From assembly GCA_900319455.1 (NCBI GenBank), contig ONON01000092.1:1-40719 (forward strand): a stretch of 40,719 nucleotides of DNA, in the 5' to 3' direction. Each line of letters opens with the position of its first letter. Within the stretch, counting starts at the first letter, position 1. The notes below the pieces were generated by a model. It did no database searches. It was not told where the DNA came from and saw only the letters and a list, made by a program, of their open reading frames with translations. This DNA is from an uncultured Eubacteriales bacterium. GTDB lineage: Bacteria; Bacillota; Clostridia; Oscillospirales; Acutalibacteraceae. The translations under genes were made by a program, and so were the position numbers. Positions 17,912 through 26,394 of this stretch are shown one piece after another.

Positions 17912-18193
17912 TCAGTGGTAATCGACAATTTCAACATTGTAAAAATCATTTCCGGAATACTCAAAGCAAATTCTGTACTGATCATTTATACGAATGCTGT
18001 ATTGCCCCTTCCGTTTGCCTGAAAGCGCTTCAAGCCTGTTGTTGGGCGGAACACGGAGATCCTCCAAATCTCCTGCATTGTCAATCATAATCAGTTTGCG
18101 TAACGCAACTTTTTGAATTGATTCCGGAAGCTTTTTTGAGAAAACCTGATTGTAAATCTTTTCGGTTTCCTTATCCGCAAAACTTTTTATCAT
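17912..18193 (-). CDS. higB: HigB (RelE/ParE-fold) mRNA interferase toxin
   Basis: MIKSFADKETE...LEDLRVPPNNRLEALSG.RKGQYSIRINDQYRICF...VEIVDYH; toxin-first gene order. Confidence 0.93.
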   Translation of the reverse strand: MIKSFADKETEKIYNQVFSKKLPESIQKVALRKLIMIDNAGDLEDLRVPPNNRLEALSGKRKGQYSIRINDQYRICFEYSGNDFYNVEIVDYH

Positions 18194-18200
18194 CGCTTAT

Positions 18201-18229
18201 ATTATACCCGCGTTATGTGTATATGTCAA
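18201..18229 (-). promoter_or_regulatory. Consensus sigma-A promoter of higBA with an internal inverted repeat
   Basis: Perfect TTGACA-17 nt-TATAAT. TATAC-N11-GTATA (18203-18223) is a candidate HigA operator. Confidence 0.85.
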
Positions 18230-18252
18230 GAAGGTATAATAAAAACTCCGTT

Positions 18253-18264
18253 TTTCGCCCGCCG
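18253..18264 (+). repeat. 12-bp direct repeat, right copy (TTTCGCCCGCCG)
   Basis: Identical to 16618-16629. Confidence 0.8.
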
Positions 18265-18278
18265 CCTGTTTTAACTTA

Positions 18279-18308
18279 TTGAAATACGCGGTGTATGTGT
18301 GATATAAT
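18279..18308 (+). promoter_or_regulatory. Sigma-A promoter for the DUF4186-glutaredoxin unit
   Basis: TTGAAA-18 nt-TATAAT with extended -10 TG. Confidence 0.6.
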
Positions 18309-18360
18309 TCAAATATAACCGAAAACAAAAGTACCTCTTTTACATTATTTCTTAAAAACC

Positions 18361-18714
18361 ATGCAAACAATTGACGAAGCGCTTGACAAACTTGAAAAAT
18401 CAAAATTCCGTTCCGGTTTTCATCTGACGGAAAAAGAACGGCGGTATCTTGAAGAAAAAGGCGCCGCCGTAATACGCGGCCACGCGCGGGATTTTGTAAA
18501 ACAGAAGCTCGCCCCCGCCGAGCCTTTGAATGACGGAAAACAAACCCCGATGCACGGGCATCCCGTTTTCAAGGCTATGCACGCGACCGCCTGCTGCTGC
18601 CGCGGCTGCCTGAACAAATGGTATAAGGTTCCGATGCACAAGGAACTCACCGAAGCCCAACAGCAAAAAATAATAAACCTGCTTATGGCATGGATTGAAA
18701 GGAACGGCAAATGA
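18361..18714 (+). CDS. DUF4186-family protein
   Basis: SKFRSGFHL...HARDFV...NDGKQTPMHGHPVFKAMHATACCCRGCLNKW. Confidence 0.88.
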   Translation: MQTIDEALDKLEKSKFRSGFHLTEKERRYLEEKGAAVIRGHARDFVKQKLAPAEPLNDGKQTPMHGHPVFKAMHATACCCRGCLNKWYKVPMHKELTEAQQQKIINLLMAWIERNGK

Positions 18715-18992
18715 GAAAACTTACCATATTTTATCTGGAAAACTGCCCGTACTGCCGCAAGGCGGCTGACGCGGTAAAAGAACTGAAGGCGGAAAACCCG
18801 GATTTTGAAAATGTTGAAGCGGAGTGGATTGAGGAATCCCGCAACCCCGAAATTGCCGAAAAATACAACTATTACTATGTGCCCTGCGTTTTCCTCGGCG
18901 GCGAAAAGCTGTATGAGTGCAGCCCTTCGGACGGTTACGATGAAATCAAGCGCCGTTTTGAAGCCGCTTTCAGAACCGCCGCCGAAAAATAA
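18711..18992 (+). CDS. Glutaredoxin/thioredoxin-like protein
   Basis: CPYC active site and cis-Pro motif YVP; ATGA overlap with the upstream gene. Confidence 0.88.
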   Translation: MRKLTIFYLENCPYCRKAADAVKELKAENPDFENVEAEWIEESRNPEIAEKYNYYYVPCVFLGGEKLYECSPSDGYDEIKRRFEAAFRTAAEK

Positions 18993-19070
18993 TTTTCGCG
19001 TTAAAGCAAAGCGGAACTCCTGCGCTTATTCGCGAAAGAAAATACCCGGCAACAAAAAGGAGAACTGACG

Positions 19071-19673
19071 GTGAAGCGTGAACTGCGGCATTTCAATATA
19101 GGCACCTCCTACGGCGGCAATCAGGACTGGTTCCCTACCTTTATGATGCGCATAGGCGGCTGCGGGGCGGAGACAGCTTGCGACAGCAGCGTTTATTTCG
19201 CGCTGCACCGCGGGCTTACAAAAATCGCGCCCGAAAATGTCAGCGCGCTGACAAAGGATGACTACATTGATTTCGCCTATAAAATGCGGCCTTATCTCTC
19301 ACCTCGCATGTCGGGAATTGACCGCCTTGAAATATATACCGAGGGTTACGCCCGGTATCTCGGCGACCGCGGCGAAACGCGCCTTACAATGGCTCACCTT
19401 GACGGCACGGAGCCTTATGAGAAGGCGAAGCGGGCGGTTATAAGGCAGATTGACGGCGGTTACCCCGTGCCGGCACTTGTGCTCAACCACCGTGACAAAA
19501 GATTTAAAGATTATGTGTGGCACTGGTTTCTGATTAACGGGTATAACGAGACGCAAAGCTCTTTTGAGGTTAAAGCCGTAACCTACAGCGCTTATGAGTG
19601 GCTGGATTTCAGCGGGCTGTGGAACACCGGTTATGAAAGGCGCGGCGGTCTTGTTCTTTATAAAATCGAATAA
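19071..19673 (+). CDS. Conserved hypothetical protein, possible C39-like papain-fold enzyme
   Basis: GTG start with RBS AAGGAG; GNQ...GGCG, ID.GYPVP.L and HW..I.GY pattern. Confidence 0.65.
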   Translation: MKRELRHFNIGTSYGGNQDWFPTFMMRIGGCGAETACDSSVYFALHRGLTKIAPENVSALTKDDYIDFAYKMRPYLSPRMSGIDRLEIYTEGYARYLGDRGETRLTMAHLDGTEPYEKAKRAVIRQIDGGYPVPALVLNHRDKRFKDYVWHWFLINGYNETQSSFEVKAVTYSAYEWLDFSGLWNTGYERRGGLVLYKIE

Positions 19674-19685
19674 AAACATTCATTT

Positions 19686-19722
19686 CCGGCGCTGCTTTTA
19701 TAACCGCGCCGGTTTTATTTTT
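19686..19722 (+). terminator. Intrinsic terminator
   Basis: CCGGCGC...GCGCCGG followed by TTTTATTTTT. Confidence 0.6.
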
Positions 19723-19744
19723 GCCGGATTGCGCTTTTTTCGCA

Positions 19745-19773
19745 TTGACTGCCGGCAGCGGGATTGATATAAT
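19745..19773 (+). promoter_or_regulatory. Sigma-A promoter
   Basis: TTGACT-17 nt-TATAAT with extended -10 TG. Confidence 0.75.
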
Positions 19774-19825
19774 AAATGTATCTGTTAAATCAGATTAAAT
19801 CAAATGTTTTCAGGGAGGAGCCGCT

Positions 19826-21232
19826 ATGCCTTTCAACGGATTTCAGACAGATGAGAATTTGCTTAACTATGATGTTTTTCCCAAAGTGTTTGTAAAAAAC
19901 AAACCCGCAAAAATCCATATCCGCCCGCTCGGGGCAAGGCCCGTTTTTGAGCCGGGCAAAACCTATAAAATGCTTGTTTGCGCCCTTGAGGGCGGCAAGC
20001 CTTATGACTACCCCGCGTCCGGCGATTATAAAGAGCTTTCCGTTTTGTGCGGCGGCGAAGGCGGGTTTGAGTTTGAGCACACCTTCACCAAAGAGCAGAT
20101 GTATTTTCTGCGTTTTCTCAATGATGACGGCAGAAGGATTATTCAGTTCCCCGTCTATTGCGTGGATGACGACCTCGCGGGCAGATACCCCCTGCGCGGC
20201 GACCTGCATATGCACACAATCCGCTCCGACGGCAGCCAGTGCCCCGCCGTTGTGTGCGCCAATTACAGAAAGCACGGCCTCGATTTCATGGTTGTTTCGG
20301 ATCATAACCGCTACTACCCGTCGCTTGAGGCGATTGATTTTTATAAAGATGTTCCCTGCGGGCTCGCGATTATCCCCGGCGAGGAGGTTCATATGCCCCC
20401 CGTTCACGGGGCGGAAAGCGACTTTCACACCGTTAATTTCGGCGGCGAGTATTCAATAAACGCCCTGACCGACGGCCCCGCCGTTGAGGAAAAGGGCACG
20501 GATAAAAAATTCCGCTCGCTTTACGGCGAATGCCCCGAATATATGCCGCTTGAAGAGTGGGAAAACAAAATGCAGGCTCTCGCGGATGAGCTTGACGGCC
20601 TGCCCGAAGGGCTTGACCCCGTTCCCGTTGCGGTGTTCAAGTGGATATATGATGAAATACGCAAGGCAAACGGTCTGGGCATCTTCCCTCACCCCACCTG
20701 GATAAGCGATGTTTACCATGTGCCGGAGGTTTTCTGGAGATATGTTACCGAAAAAGGCTGGTTTGACGCCTTTGAGGTGCTCGGCGGTGAAAACTACTAT
20801 GAGCAGAACGGTTTTCAGACCCTCAAATACTATGAGGACAGGGCAAACGGTTTTGATTATCCCATAGTAGGCAGCACCGACAGCCACTCCTCCAACCCGC
20901 ACAACCGGAACGCGTTTATTTGCTCCACCCTTGTTTTCTCGCCCGAAAACGAGCGCAAAGCGCTGATTAAATCCATTAAGGAGCGCTACAGCGTCGCCAT
21001 TGACACAATAGATGAGAACTTCCGCCTTGTGGGCGATTTCAGGCTTTCAAAATACGCGACCTTCCTGCTTAAATACTACTTCCCCCTTCATGATGAGGTT
21101 TGCAAAGAAGAGGGCAGAATGATGAAACAGTACGCCACCGGCACCGCCTCGGAAAAGGCGGAGGCTCTTGAAGTGCTTAAACTCATCGGCGGCAGGGTTC
21201 AGAAACACAGAGAAAAATATTTTGATTTTTAA
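19826..21232 (+). CDS. PHP-domain metal-dependent hydrolase
   Basis: GDLHMHTIRSDG, VSDHN, GEEVH, PHP and GSTDSH motifs; RBS GGAGGAG. Confidence 0.85.
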   Translation: MPFNGFQTDENLLNYDVFPKVFVKNKPAKIHIRPLGARPVFEPGKTYKMLVCALEGGKPYDYPASGDYKELSVLCGGEGGFEFEHTFTKEQMYFLRFLNDDGRRIIQFPVYCVDDDLAGRYPLRGDLHMHTIRSDGSQCPAVVCANYRKHGLDFMVVSDHNRYYPSLEAIDFYKDVPCGLAIIPGEEVHMPPVHGAESDFHTVNFGGEYSINALTDGPAVEEKGTDKKFRSLYGECPEYMPLEEWENKMQALADELDGLPEGLDPVPVAVFKWIYDEIRKANGLGIFPHPTWISDVYHVPEVFWRYVTEKGWFDAFEVLGGENYYEQNGFQTLKYYEDRANGFDYPIVGSTDSHSSNPHNRNAFICSTLVFSPENERKALIKSIKERYSVAIDTIDENFRLVGDFRLSKYATFLLKYYFPLHDEVCKEEGRMMKQYATGTASEKAEALEVLKLIGGRVQKHREKYFDF

Positions 21233-21256
21233 CGCCGCTTTTCCGGAGGTGAGAGT

Positions 21257-22435
21257 ATGAAAAAACGCGTATTCTGCCTTTTGCTCACGGGTCTTATTCT
21301 GATTTTCGCGGGCTGTTCCGGCAGTGACACAGCCGTTTCAACAACAGCGTCAACGGCAGCCGCGTCATCTCAGACGGTATCCGCCGCGACATCGGCGGCA
21401 ACAACAACCGCCCCCGAAACAACACACGAAGAAACAACCGCCGAAACAACAACCGAAAAAGCCGTGTCTCCGATAAACGCAGTTAAAATCACACCGTCGC
21501 AAAGCATACGCACACTGGCTCAGGGGCTCACCGTCGCCGAGTTTTCGGGTGACGACGGGCTTTCGGATTTTCTTTCGGGCGGAGGGGCGTCAAGCGACAA
21601 AGGTCTTACGGATTTTCTTGTGCGTCAGGTGCTCGGCGGCAAAGCGGGTCTGCTTTTCAAAGGCATAAAAGGCGGCTGCTCGACCCTTTGCGTTGAGAAT
21701 GAAAACGGCGGTTACCTTTTCGGCAGAAATTTTGACTGGCACAGGTGCAACGGTATGATAGTTGTTTGCCGCCCGTCAAAAGGCTACCGCTCCGTTTCAA
21801 CCGTCAACACGGATTTTGTGACCTCCGGCTCGGATTTTGAGCTCTCCGACGATGTTCTGCGCTTTTGCGCGCTGTACGCTCCGCTTGACGGAATGAACGA
21901 GGCGGGCGTTTGCGTTTCTGTCAATATGGTTTATGACAGCGGCGCTTCAATAAATCAGAACAGCGGCAAACCCGACCTGACAACATCAACGGCAATAAGG
22001 CTCATTCTCGACCGCGCCGCGAGCGCGAAACAGGCGGTTGAGCTTCTGCGTTCATACGATTTGCACGCGTCATTCGGCTACACGGTTCACTACGCCATAG
22101 CGGACAAAAGCGGTTACAGTGTCGCTGTTGAGTATATAGGCAACAAAATGTATGTTACCGAAACCCGTGCTTTAACAAATTTTTATGTAACGCCCGGCCC
22201 GAAATACGGCGTCGGCTCGCAAAAATCGGTAACACGGTATGAAAACATTATGGCGTGTTATGATGAAAACAGCGAAATGACCCCCGCGGAGCTTCGTGAC
22301 ACAATGGCTCTGGCGGCACAGAAAAATGTTGCGGATTACAACACGCAGTGGACGGCGATTTTTGACACCCGCGCGAAAACCGTTACATATTTTCACAGGG
22401 GCAATTTCAAAAACGGATGGACCGTAAGCCTTTAA
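21257..22435 (+). CDS. Lipoprotein Ntn-hydrolase (linear amide C-N hydrolase / choloylglycine hydrolase-like)
   Basis: Lipobox FAG-C, Thr/Ala/Ser/Glu linker, GGCST (Cys141), FGRNFDW, DGMNEAG, HYAIAD, LTNF and TQWT. Confidence 0.85.
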   Translation: MKKRVFCLLLTGLILIFAGCSGSDTAVSTTASTAAASSQTVSAATSAATTTAPETTHEETTAETTTEKAVSPINAVKITPSQSIRTLAQGLTVAEFSGDDGLSDFLSGGGASSDKGLTDFLVRQVLGGKAGLLFKGIKGGCSTLCVENENGGYLFGRNFDWHRCNGMIVVCRPSKGYRSVSTVNTDFVTSGSDFELSDDVLRFCALYAPLDGMNEAGVCVSVNMVYDSGASINQNSGKPDLTTSTAIRLILDRAASAKQAVELLRSYDLHASFGYTVHYAIADKSGYSVAVEYIGNKMYVTETRALTNFYVTPGPKYGVGSQKSVTRYENIMACYDENSEMTPAELRDTMALAAQKNVADYNTQWTAIFDTRAKTVTYFHRGNFKNGWTVSL

Positions 22436-22448
22436 AAAGCACAGCTTG

Positions 22449-22480
22449 AACCGGAGGTGACCCGCCTCCGGTTTTGTTTT
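22449..22480 (+). terminator. Intrinsic terminator
   Basis: AACCGGAGG...CCTCCGGTT followed by TTGTTTT. Confidence 0.75.
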
Positions 22481-22545
22481 GCCGGGCGCGGTTTTAACCG
22501 TTGCGGAATAATCACCGCAAAAACACAAAATATTGCGGTTTTCAT

Positions 22546-22576
22546 TATTGATTTTTAAAAATCAATATGCTATATT
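22546..22576 (+). promoter_or_regulatory. Promoter with a perfect 22-bp palindrome over the -35
   Basis: TTGATT-17 nt-TATATT (extended TG); TATTGATTTTTAAAAATCAATA at 22546-22567. Confidence 0.6.
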
Positions 22577-22618
22577 GAAATCGTATTGTATATAAATTAT
22601 TAAAAATAAAGGTGAAGT

Positions 22619-23746
22619 ATGTATTACAACAAATTTCAGAACATTGAACTTTCGGCTCTCGGCCTCGGCTGTATGCGCCTGCCGGTTATTGACGGCGACG
22701 ATTCCAGGCCCGACACCGCCGCTGTTGAGAAGATGGTTGAGTACGCCATGCAAAACGGCATAAACTACTATGACACAGCCTGGGGCTATCATTCGGGCAA
22801 CAGTGAAACCGTCATTGGCGCAACGCTCGCGAAATACCCGAGAGAAAGCTTTTATCTCGCCTCAAAATTCCCCGGCTATGACCTTTCCAATATGGATAAG
22901 GTGGAGGAGATATTTGAGAAACAGCTTGAAAAATGCAAGGTTGAGTATTTTGATTTTTACCTTTTTCACAATGTGTGTGAGATGAATATTGACGGGTATC
23001 TCAACCCGGAATACGGCATTTTCGACTACCTCATAAAGCAGAAAAAGAACGGAAGAATAAAGCATCTCGGTTTTTCCGCTCACGGCAGTTATGAGGTTAT
23101 TGAGCGCTTTTTAAAGGCTTACGGTGCCGATATGGAGTTCTGCCAGCTTCAGATAAACTACATTGACTGGGAGTTTCAGAACGCGGTCAAAAAGGTTGAG
23201 CTTGTTAAAAGCTACGGCCTGCCCGTGTTTGTAATGGAGCCTGTGCGCGGCGGCAAGCTCGCGAAACTTGACGCGCATTATGAGGCAAAGCTTAAAGACC
23301 TGCGCCCCGATGAGAGCACCGTTGCCTGGGCGTTCCGCTTTTTGCAGAGCATTGACGCCGCCGTTATTCTTTCGGGAATGTCGGATTTTGAGCAGTTAAA
23401 GCAGAACATTGAAATATTCAGTGAGAAAAAGCCGCTTGCCGAAAACGAGATGAAAACCCTTCTCGGCATAGCGCGCGATATGGTCAACCCCAAAACGGTG
23501 CCCTGCACAGCCTGCAGATACTGCACCTCCCACTGCCCCATGGAGCTTGACATCCCCTTCCTGCTCAGTCTTTATAACGAGCATTTTTATTCCGACGGCG
23601 GTTTTATAGCGCCGATGGCTCTTATGTCGCTCCCCGCGGACAAACAGCCCTCCGCCTGCATAGGCTGCGGAAGCTGCGCGGCGGTGTGCCCCCAGCAGAT
23701 CAACATTCCGGAGGCTCTTGCCTCATTCGCCGAAATGCTCGGCTGA
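22619..23746 (+). CDS. Aldo/keto reductase with C-terminal 4Fe-4S dicluster domain
   Basis: LGLGCMRLP, YYDTAWGY, GRIKHLGFSAH, VMEPVRGG, CTACRYC..HCP and CIGCGSC..VCP. Confidence 0.93.
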   Translation: MYYNKFQNIELSALGLGCMRLPVIDGDDSRPDTAAVEKMVEYAMQNGINYYDTAWGYHSGNSETVIGATLAKYPRESFYLASKFPGYDLSNMDKVEEIFEKQLEKCKVEYFDFYLFHNVCEMNIDGYLNPEYGIFDYLIKQKKNGRIKHLGFSAHGSYEVIERFLKAYGADMEFCQLQINYIDWEFQNAVKKVELVKSYGLPVFVMEPVRGGKLAKLDAHYEAKLKDLRPDESTVAWAFRFLQSIDAAVILSGMSDFEQLKQNIEIFSEKKPLAENEMKTLLGIARDMVNPKTVPCTACRYCTSHCPMELDIPFLLSLYNEHFYSDGGFIAPMALMSLPADKQPSACIGCGSCAAVCPQQINIPEALASFAEMLG

Positions 23747-23757
23747 GAGGCGGCGGT

Positions 23758-24522
23758 ATGAAAAGAATTGTTGTTGCGATTTCGGCTTTGCTGGCCGTAT
23801 GCCTTGTTTTCGGCGGATGCTCCGCGGCTGACAGACTGTCATCCGGCGCCTATACCGAAGGCCCCGCCGCGATAACGGATGAAATTTACAAAATAGATAT
23901 TGAATGGCCCCGCGGCAATGTAATGGTAATCGGCAATAAAAAAGCAAAAGAAATAACCGTTAAAGAAAACGACGGCGCCGGGGTTGCTCTTGCCACGCGT
24001 ATTATAGGCTCCGTGCTTTATATAAAACCCGCGAAGCCGGGCAAAGAGGCGGGTGAAAAAAGCCTGCGCGTAATTGTGCCGTCGGATTACAACTTCAAAG
24101 AAATTGAGATAAGAACAAAAACGGCAAACGCGGGGTTGCGTATGCTCAAAGCCTCAAGAGCGGATATTGAAACCGACAGCGGCTCAATTTCGGTTGTCGC
24201 CTGCGTTATTGACGATGAGACGGAGCTTGAGAGCGTAACGGGAGGCATCACCGTAATAGGTAAAGTTGAGGATTATGACATTTCGTCCGTGTCAGGCAAT
24301 GTCAGCATAACCTCCGACTGTATTCCTCAGGATATTGACATTGAAACGGTTGACGGCATCATAACGGCACAGCTCCCCGCCGACACGCCCGCTGGTTCCT
24401 TAAAAACCTCCACAGGCGGCAAAACCGTGAACAGGCTCACAAACAAAGAAAAGGGCGAAAACTACAGTTTCAAATCCGAAACAGGCAATATTTTCGTTCT
24501 TGAAAACATCAAAGCTGAGTAA
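23758..24522 (+). CDS. Lipoprotein with DUF4097-like beta-strand repeats
   Basis: Start moved to ATG 23758 (MKRIVV...FGG-C lipobox); repeats IETDSGSI, LESVTGGI, ISSVSGNV and IETVDGII. Confidence 0.75.
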   Translation: MKRIVVAISALLAVCLVFGGCSAADRLSSGAYTEGPAAITDEIYKIDIEWPRGNVMVIGNKKAKEITVKENDGAGVALATRIIGSVLYIKPAKPGKEAGEKSLRVIVPSDYNFKEIEIRTKTANAGLRMLKASRADIETDSGSISVVACVIDDETELESVTGGITVIGKVEDYDISSVSGNVSITSDCIPQDIDIETVDGIITAQLPADTPAGSLKTSTGGKTVNRLTNKEKGENYSFKSETGNIFVLENIKAE

Positions 24523-24560
24523 ATTACGGGTTAATCCCGAAAAAATAAGGAGATAACGCT

Positions 24561-25646
24561 ATGGAAAAACTCAAGGTAGGTATTATCGGCTGCGGCGGCA
24601 TAGCAAACGGCAAACACATGCCCGCCCTCTCAAAAATCAATGAGGTTGAACTTGTCGCTTTCTGTGACATTATTGAGGAAAGAGCGCAGAAAGCCGCAAA
24701 AAAATTCGGCGTTGAGGGCGCGAAGGTTTACACCGATTACAAAGAGCTTCTCGCCGATGAAAGCATTGTTACCGTTCATGTCTGCACGCCCAACCGCTCA
24801 CACAGTTTTATTACCATTGACGCCCTTGAAGCCGGCAAACACGTAATGTGCGAAAAGCCGATGGCGAAAACATACGCCGAGGCAAAGGCTATGTATGAGG
24901 CGAGCGTGCGCACGGGCAAAAAGCTCACCATAGGCTACCAGTCCCGCTGGAGAGGCGACTCCCTTTACCTCAAGCAGTGCTGTGAAGACGGTATGTTCGG
25001 CGAAATCTATTACGCAAGAGCGCTCGCGTTAAGGCGCAGAGCCGTTCCCACCTGGGGCGTTTTCCTTAATGAATATGAGCAGGGCGGCGGTCCGCTTATC
25101 GACATAGGCACTCACGCCCTTGACCTCACCCTCTGGCTTATGAACAACTACAAGCCCAAAATGGTTGTGGGCACAAAATACAAAAAACTCGGCGATCAGA
25201 AAAACGCGGGCAACGCCTGGGGCGACTGGGACCCCGAAAAATACACCGTTGAGGATTCGGCCTTCGGCTTTGTTGTTATGGAAAACGGCGCTACCGTCAG
25301 CGTAGAGAGCAGCTGGGCGCTCAACATTGCCGACCCGTGCGAGGCAAGCACATTAATCTGCGGCGTAAACGGCGGTGCCGATATGCTTCACGACCTTCGC
25401 CTCAATTATATCCGCAACGGCAGGCAGGTAATTGAAACACCGAGCTTTGACGCGGGCGGAGTAGCTTTCTTTGAAGGCTCAAGCAGCGACCCCTCCGACC
25501 TTGAGTGCCGCGCCTTCTATGACGCGGTAATGAATGACAAACCCGTCAGAACAAAGCCCGAACAGGCTATGGTTGTAACCCAGATTCTCGAAGCGATTTA
25601 CGAATCCGCCGCAAGCGGCAAACCCGTTTACATCAACAACGACTGA
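24561..25646 (+). CDS. Gfo/Idh/MocA-family oxidoreductase
   Basis: GIIGCGGIA, VCTPN, CEKPMA, GGGPLIDIGTHALD. Confidence 0.93.
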   Translation: MEKLKVGIIGCGGIANGKHMPALSKINEVELVAFCDIIEERAQKAAKKFGVEGAKVYTDYKELLADESIVTVHVCTPNRSHSFITIDALEAGKHVMCEKPMAKTYAEAKAMYEASVRTGKKLTIGYQSRWRGDSLYLKQCCEDGMFGEIYYARALALRRRAVPTWGVFLNEYEQGGGPLIDIGTHALDLTLWLMNNYKPKMVVGTKYKKLGDQKNAGNAWGDWDPEKYTVEDSAFGFVVMENGATVSVESSWALNIADPCEASTLICGVNGGADMLHDLRLNYIRNGRQVIETPSFDAGGVAFFEGSSSDPSDLECRAFYDAVMNDKPVRTKPEQAMVVTQILEAIYESAASGKPVYINND

Positions 25647-25660
25647 GGGAGGATTACAAA

Positions 25661-26383
25661 ATGAAGATTGCCGTTCAGCTTTATTCGATACGCGATTGCA
25701 TAAAATCCGGCGATGACCTTCTCCGCCTGCTCGGCAGGGTTAAGGAGCTCGGCTATGACGGCGTTGAGTTCGCGGGCTATTACGGCGTTGACGCCGAAAC
25801 TCTCAGAGCAAGGCTTGACGAAACCGGGCTTGTGTGCGTGGGCAGCCATCTCGGCCTTGACGATTTTAAAGATGAAAACCTTGAAGCCACTTACACCTTC
25901 GCGAAAACTCTCGGCACGCCTCAGATAGGCGTGGGCGGCGCTCCCCACTCAACACTTGAGGAGTGCGAGGCAACCGGCAGCGTTCTCGGCAAGGCGGATG
26001 AAATTCTCGGCAAAAGGGGTATGAATGTTTACTACCACAACCACTGCGAGGAGTTCAAACCTCTCGAAAACGGCACTTTGCCCATAGATGTGCTCAAAAG
26101 CTACTGCCACCTGCAGATAGACACCTACTGGAGCTACTACGCGGGGGCTGACAATTACAAGCTCATAACAGAGAATAAAGACAGAATCTCAACCCTGCAC
26201 CTCAAAGACGGAGTTGACGGCAAACCCGTTGCCCTGGGCGAGGGCACAAACGACATTCCGCTTGTTTTGAAAGCGGCGAAGGATTCCGGCATTGAGTGGC
26301 TTGTTGTTGAAAACGACAACCCCGTTCCCGACGGAATAAGCGATATAGAAAGAAGCATTAAATATCTTAAATCAATCATCTGA
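25661..26383 (+). CDS. Sugar phosphate isomerase/epimerase family (xylose isomerase-like TIM barrel)
   Basis: VQLYSIRD, GYDGVEFAG, YHNH, IDTYW, LHLKD, VVEND. Confidence 0.9.
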   Translation: MKIAVQLYSIRDCIKSGDDLLRLLGRVKELGYDGVEFAGYYGVDAETLRARLDETGLVCVGSHLGLDDFKDENLEATYTFAKTLGTPQIGVGGAPHSTLEECEATGSVLGKADEILGKRGMNVYYHNHCEEFKPLENGTLPIDVLKSYCHLQIDTYWSYYAGADNYKLITENKDRISTLHLKDGVDGKPVALGEGTNDIPLVLKAAKDSGIEWLVVENDNPVPDGISDIERSIKYLKSII

Positions 26384-26394
26384 GGAGGCATACC

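Noticed and set aside
21340-21460. ACA/GCA-rich low-complexity repeats
   Set aside because: Explained by the Thr/Ala/Glu linker of the lipoprotein.
22548-22565. FNR box
   Set aside because: Half-site spacing is 8 nt, not the 4 nt FNR requires; kept only as an unassigned palindrome.
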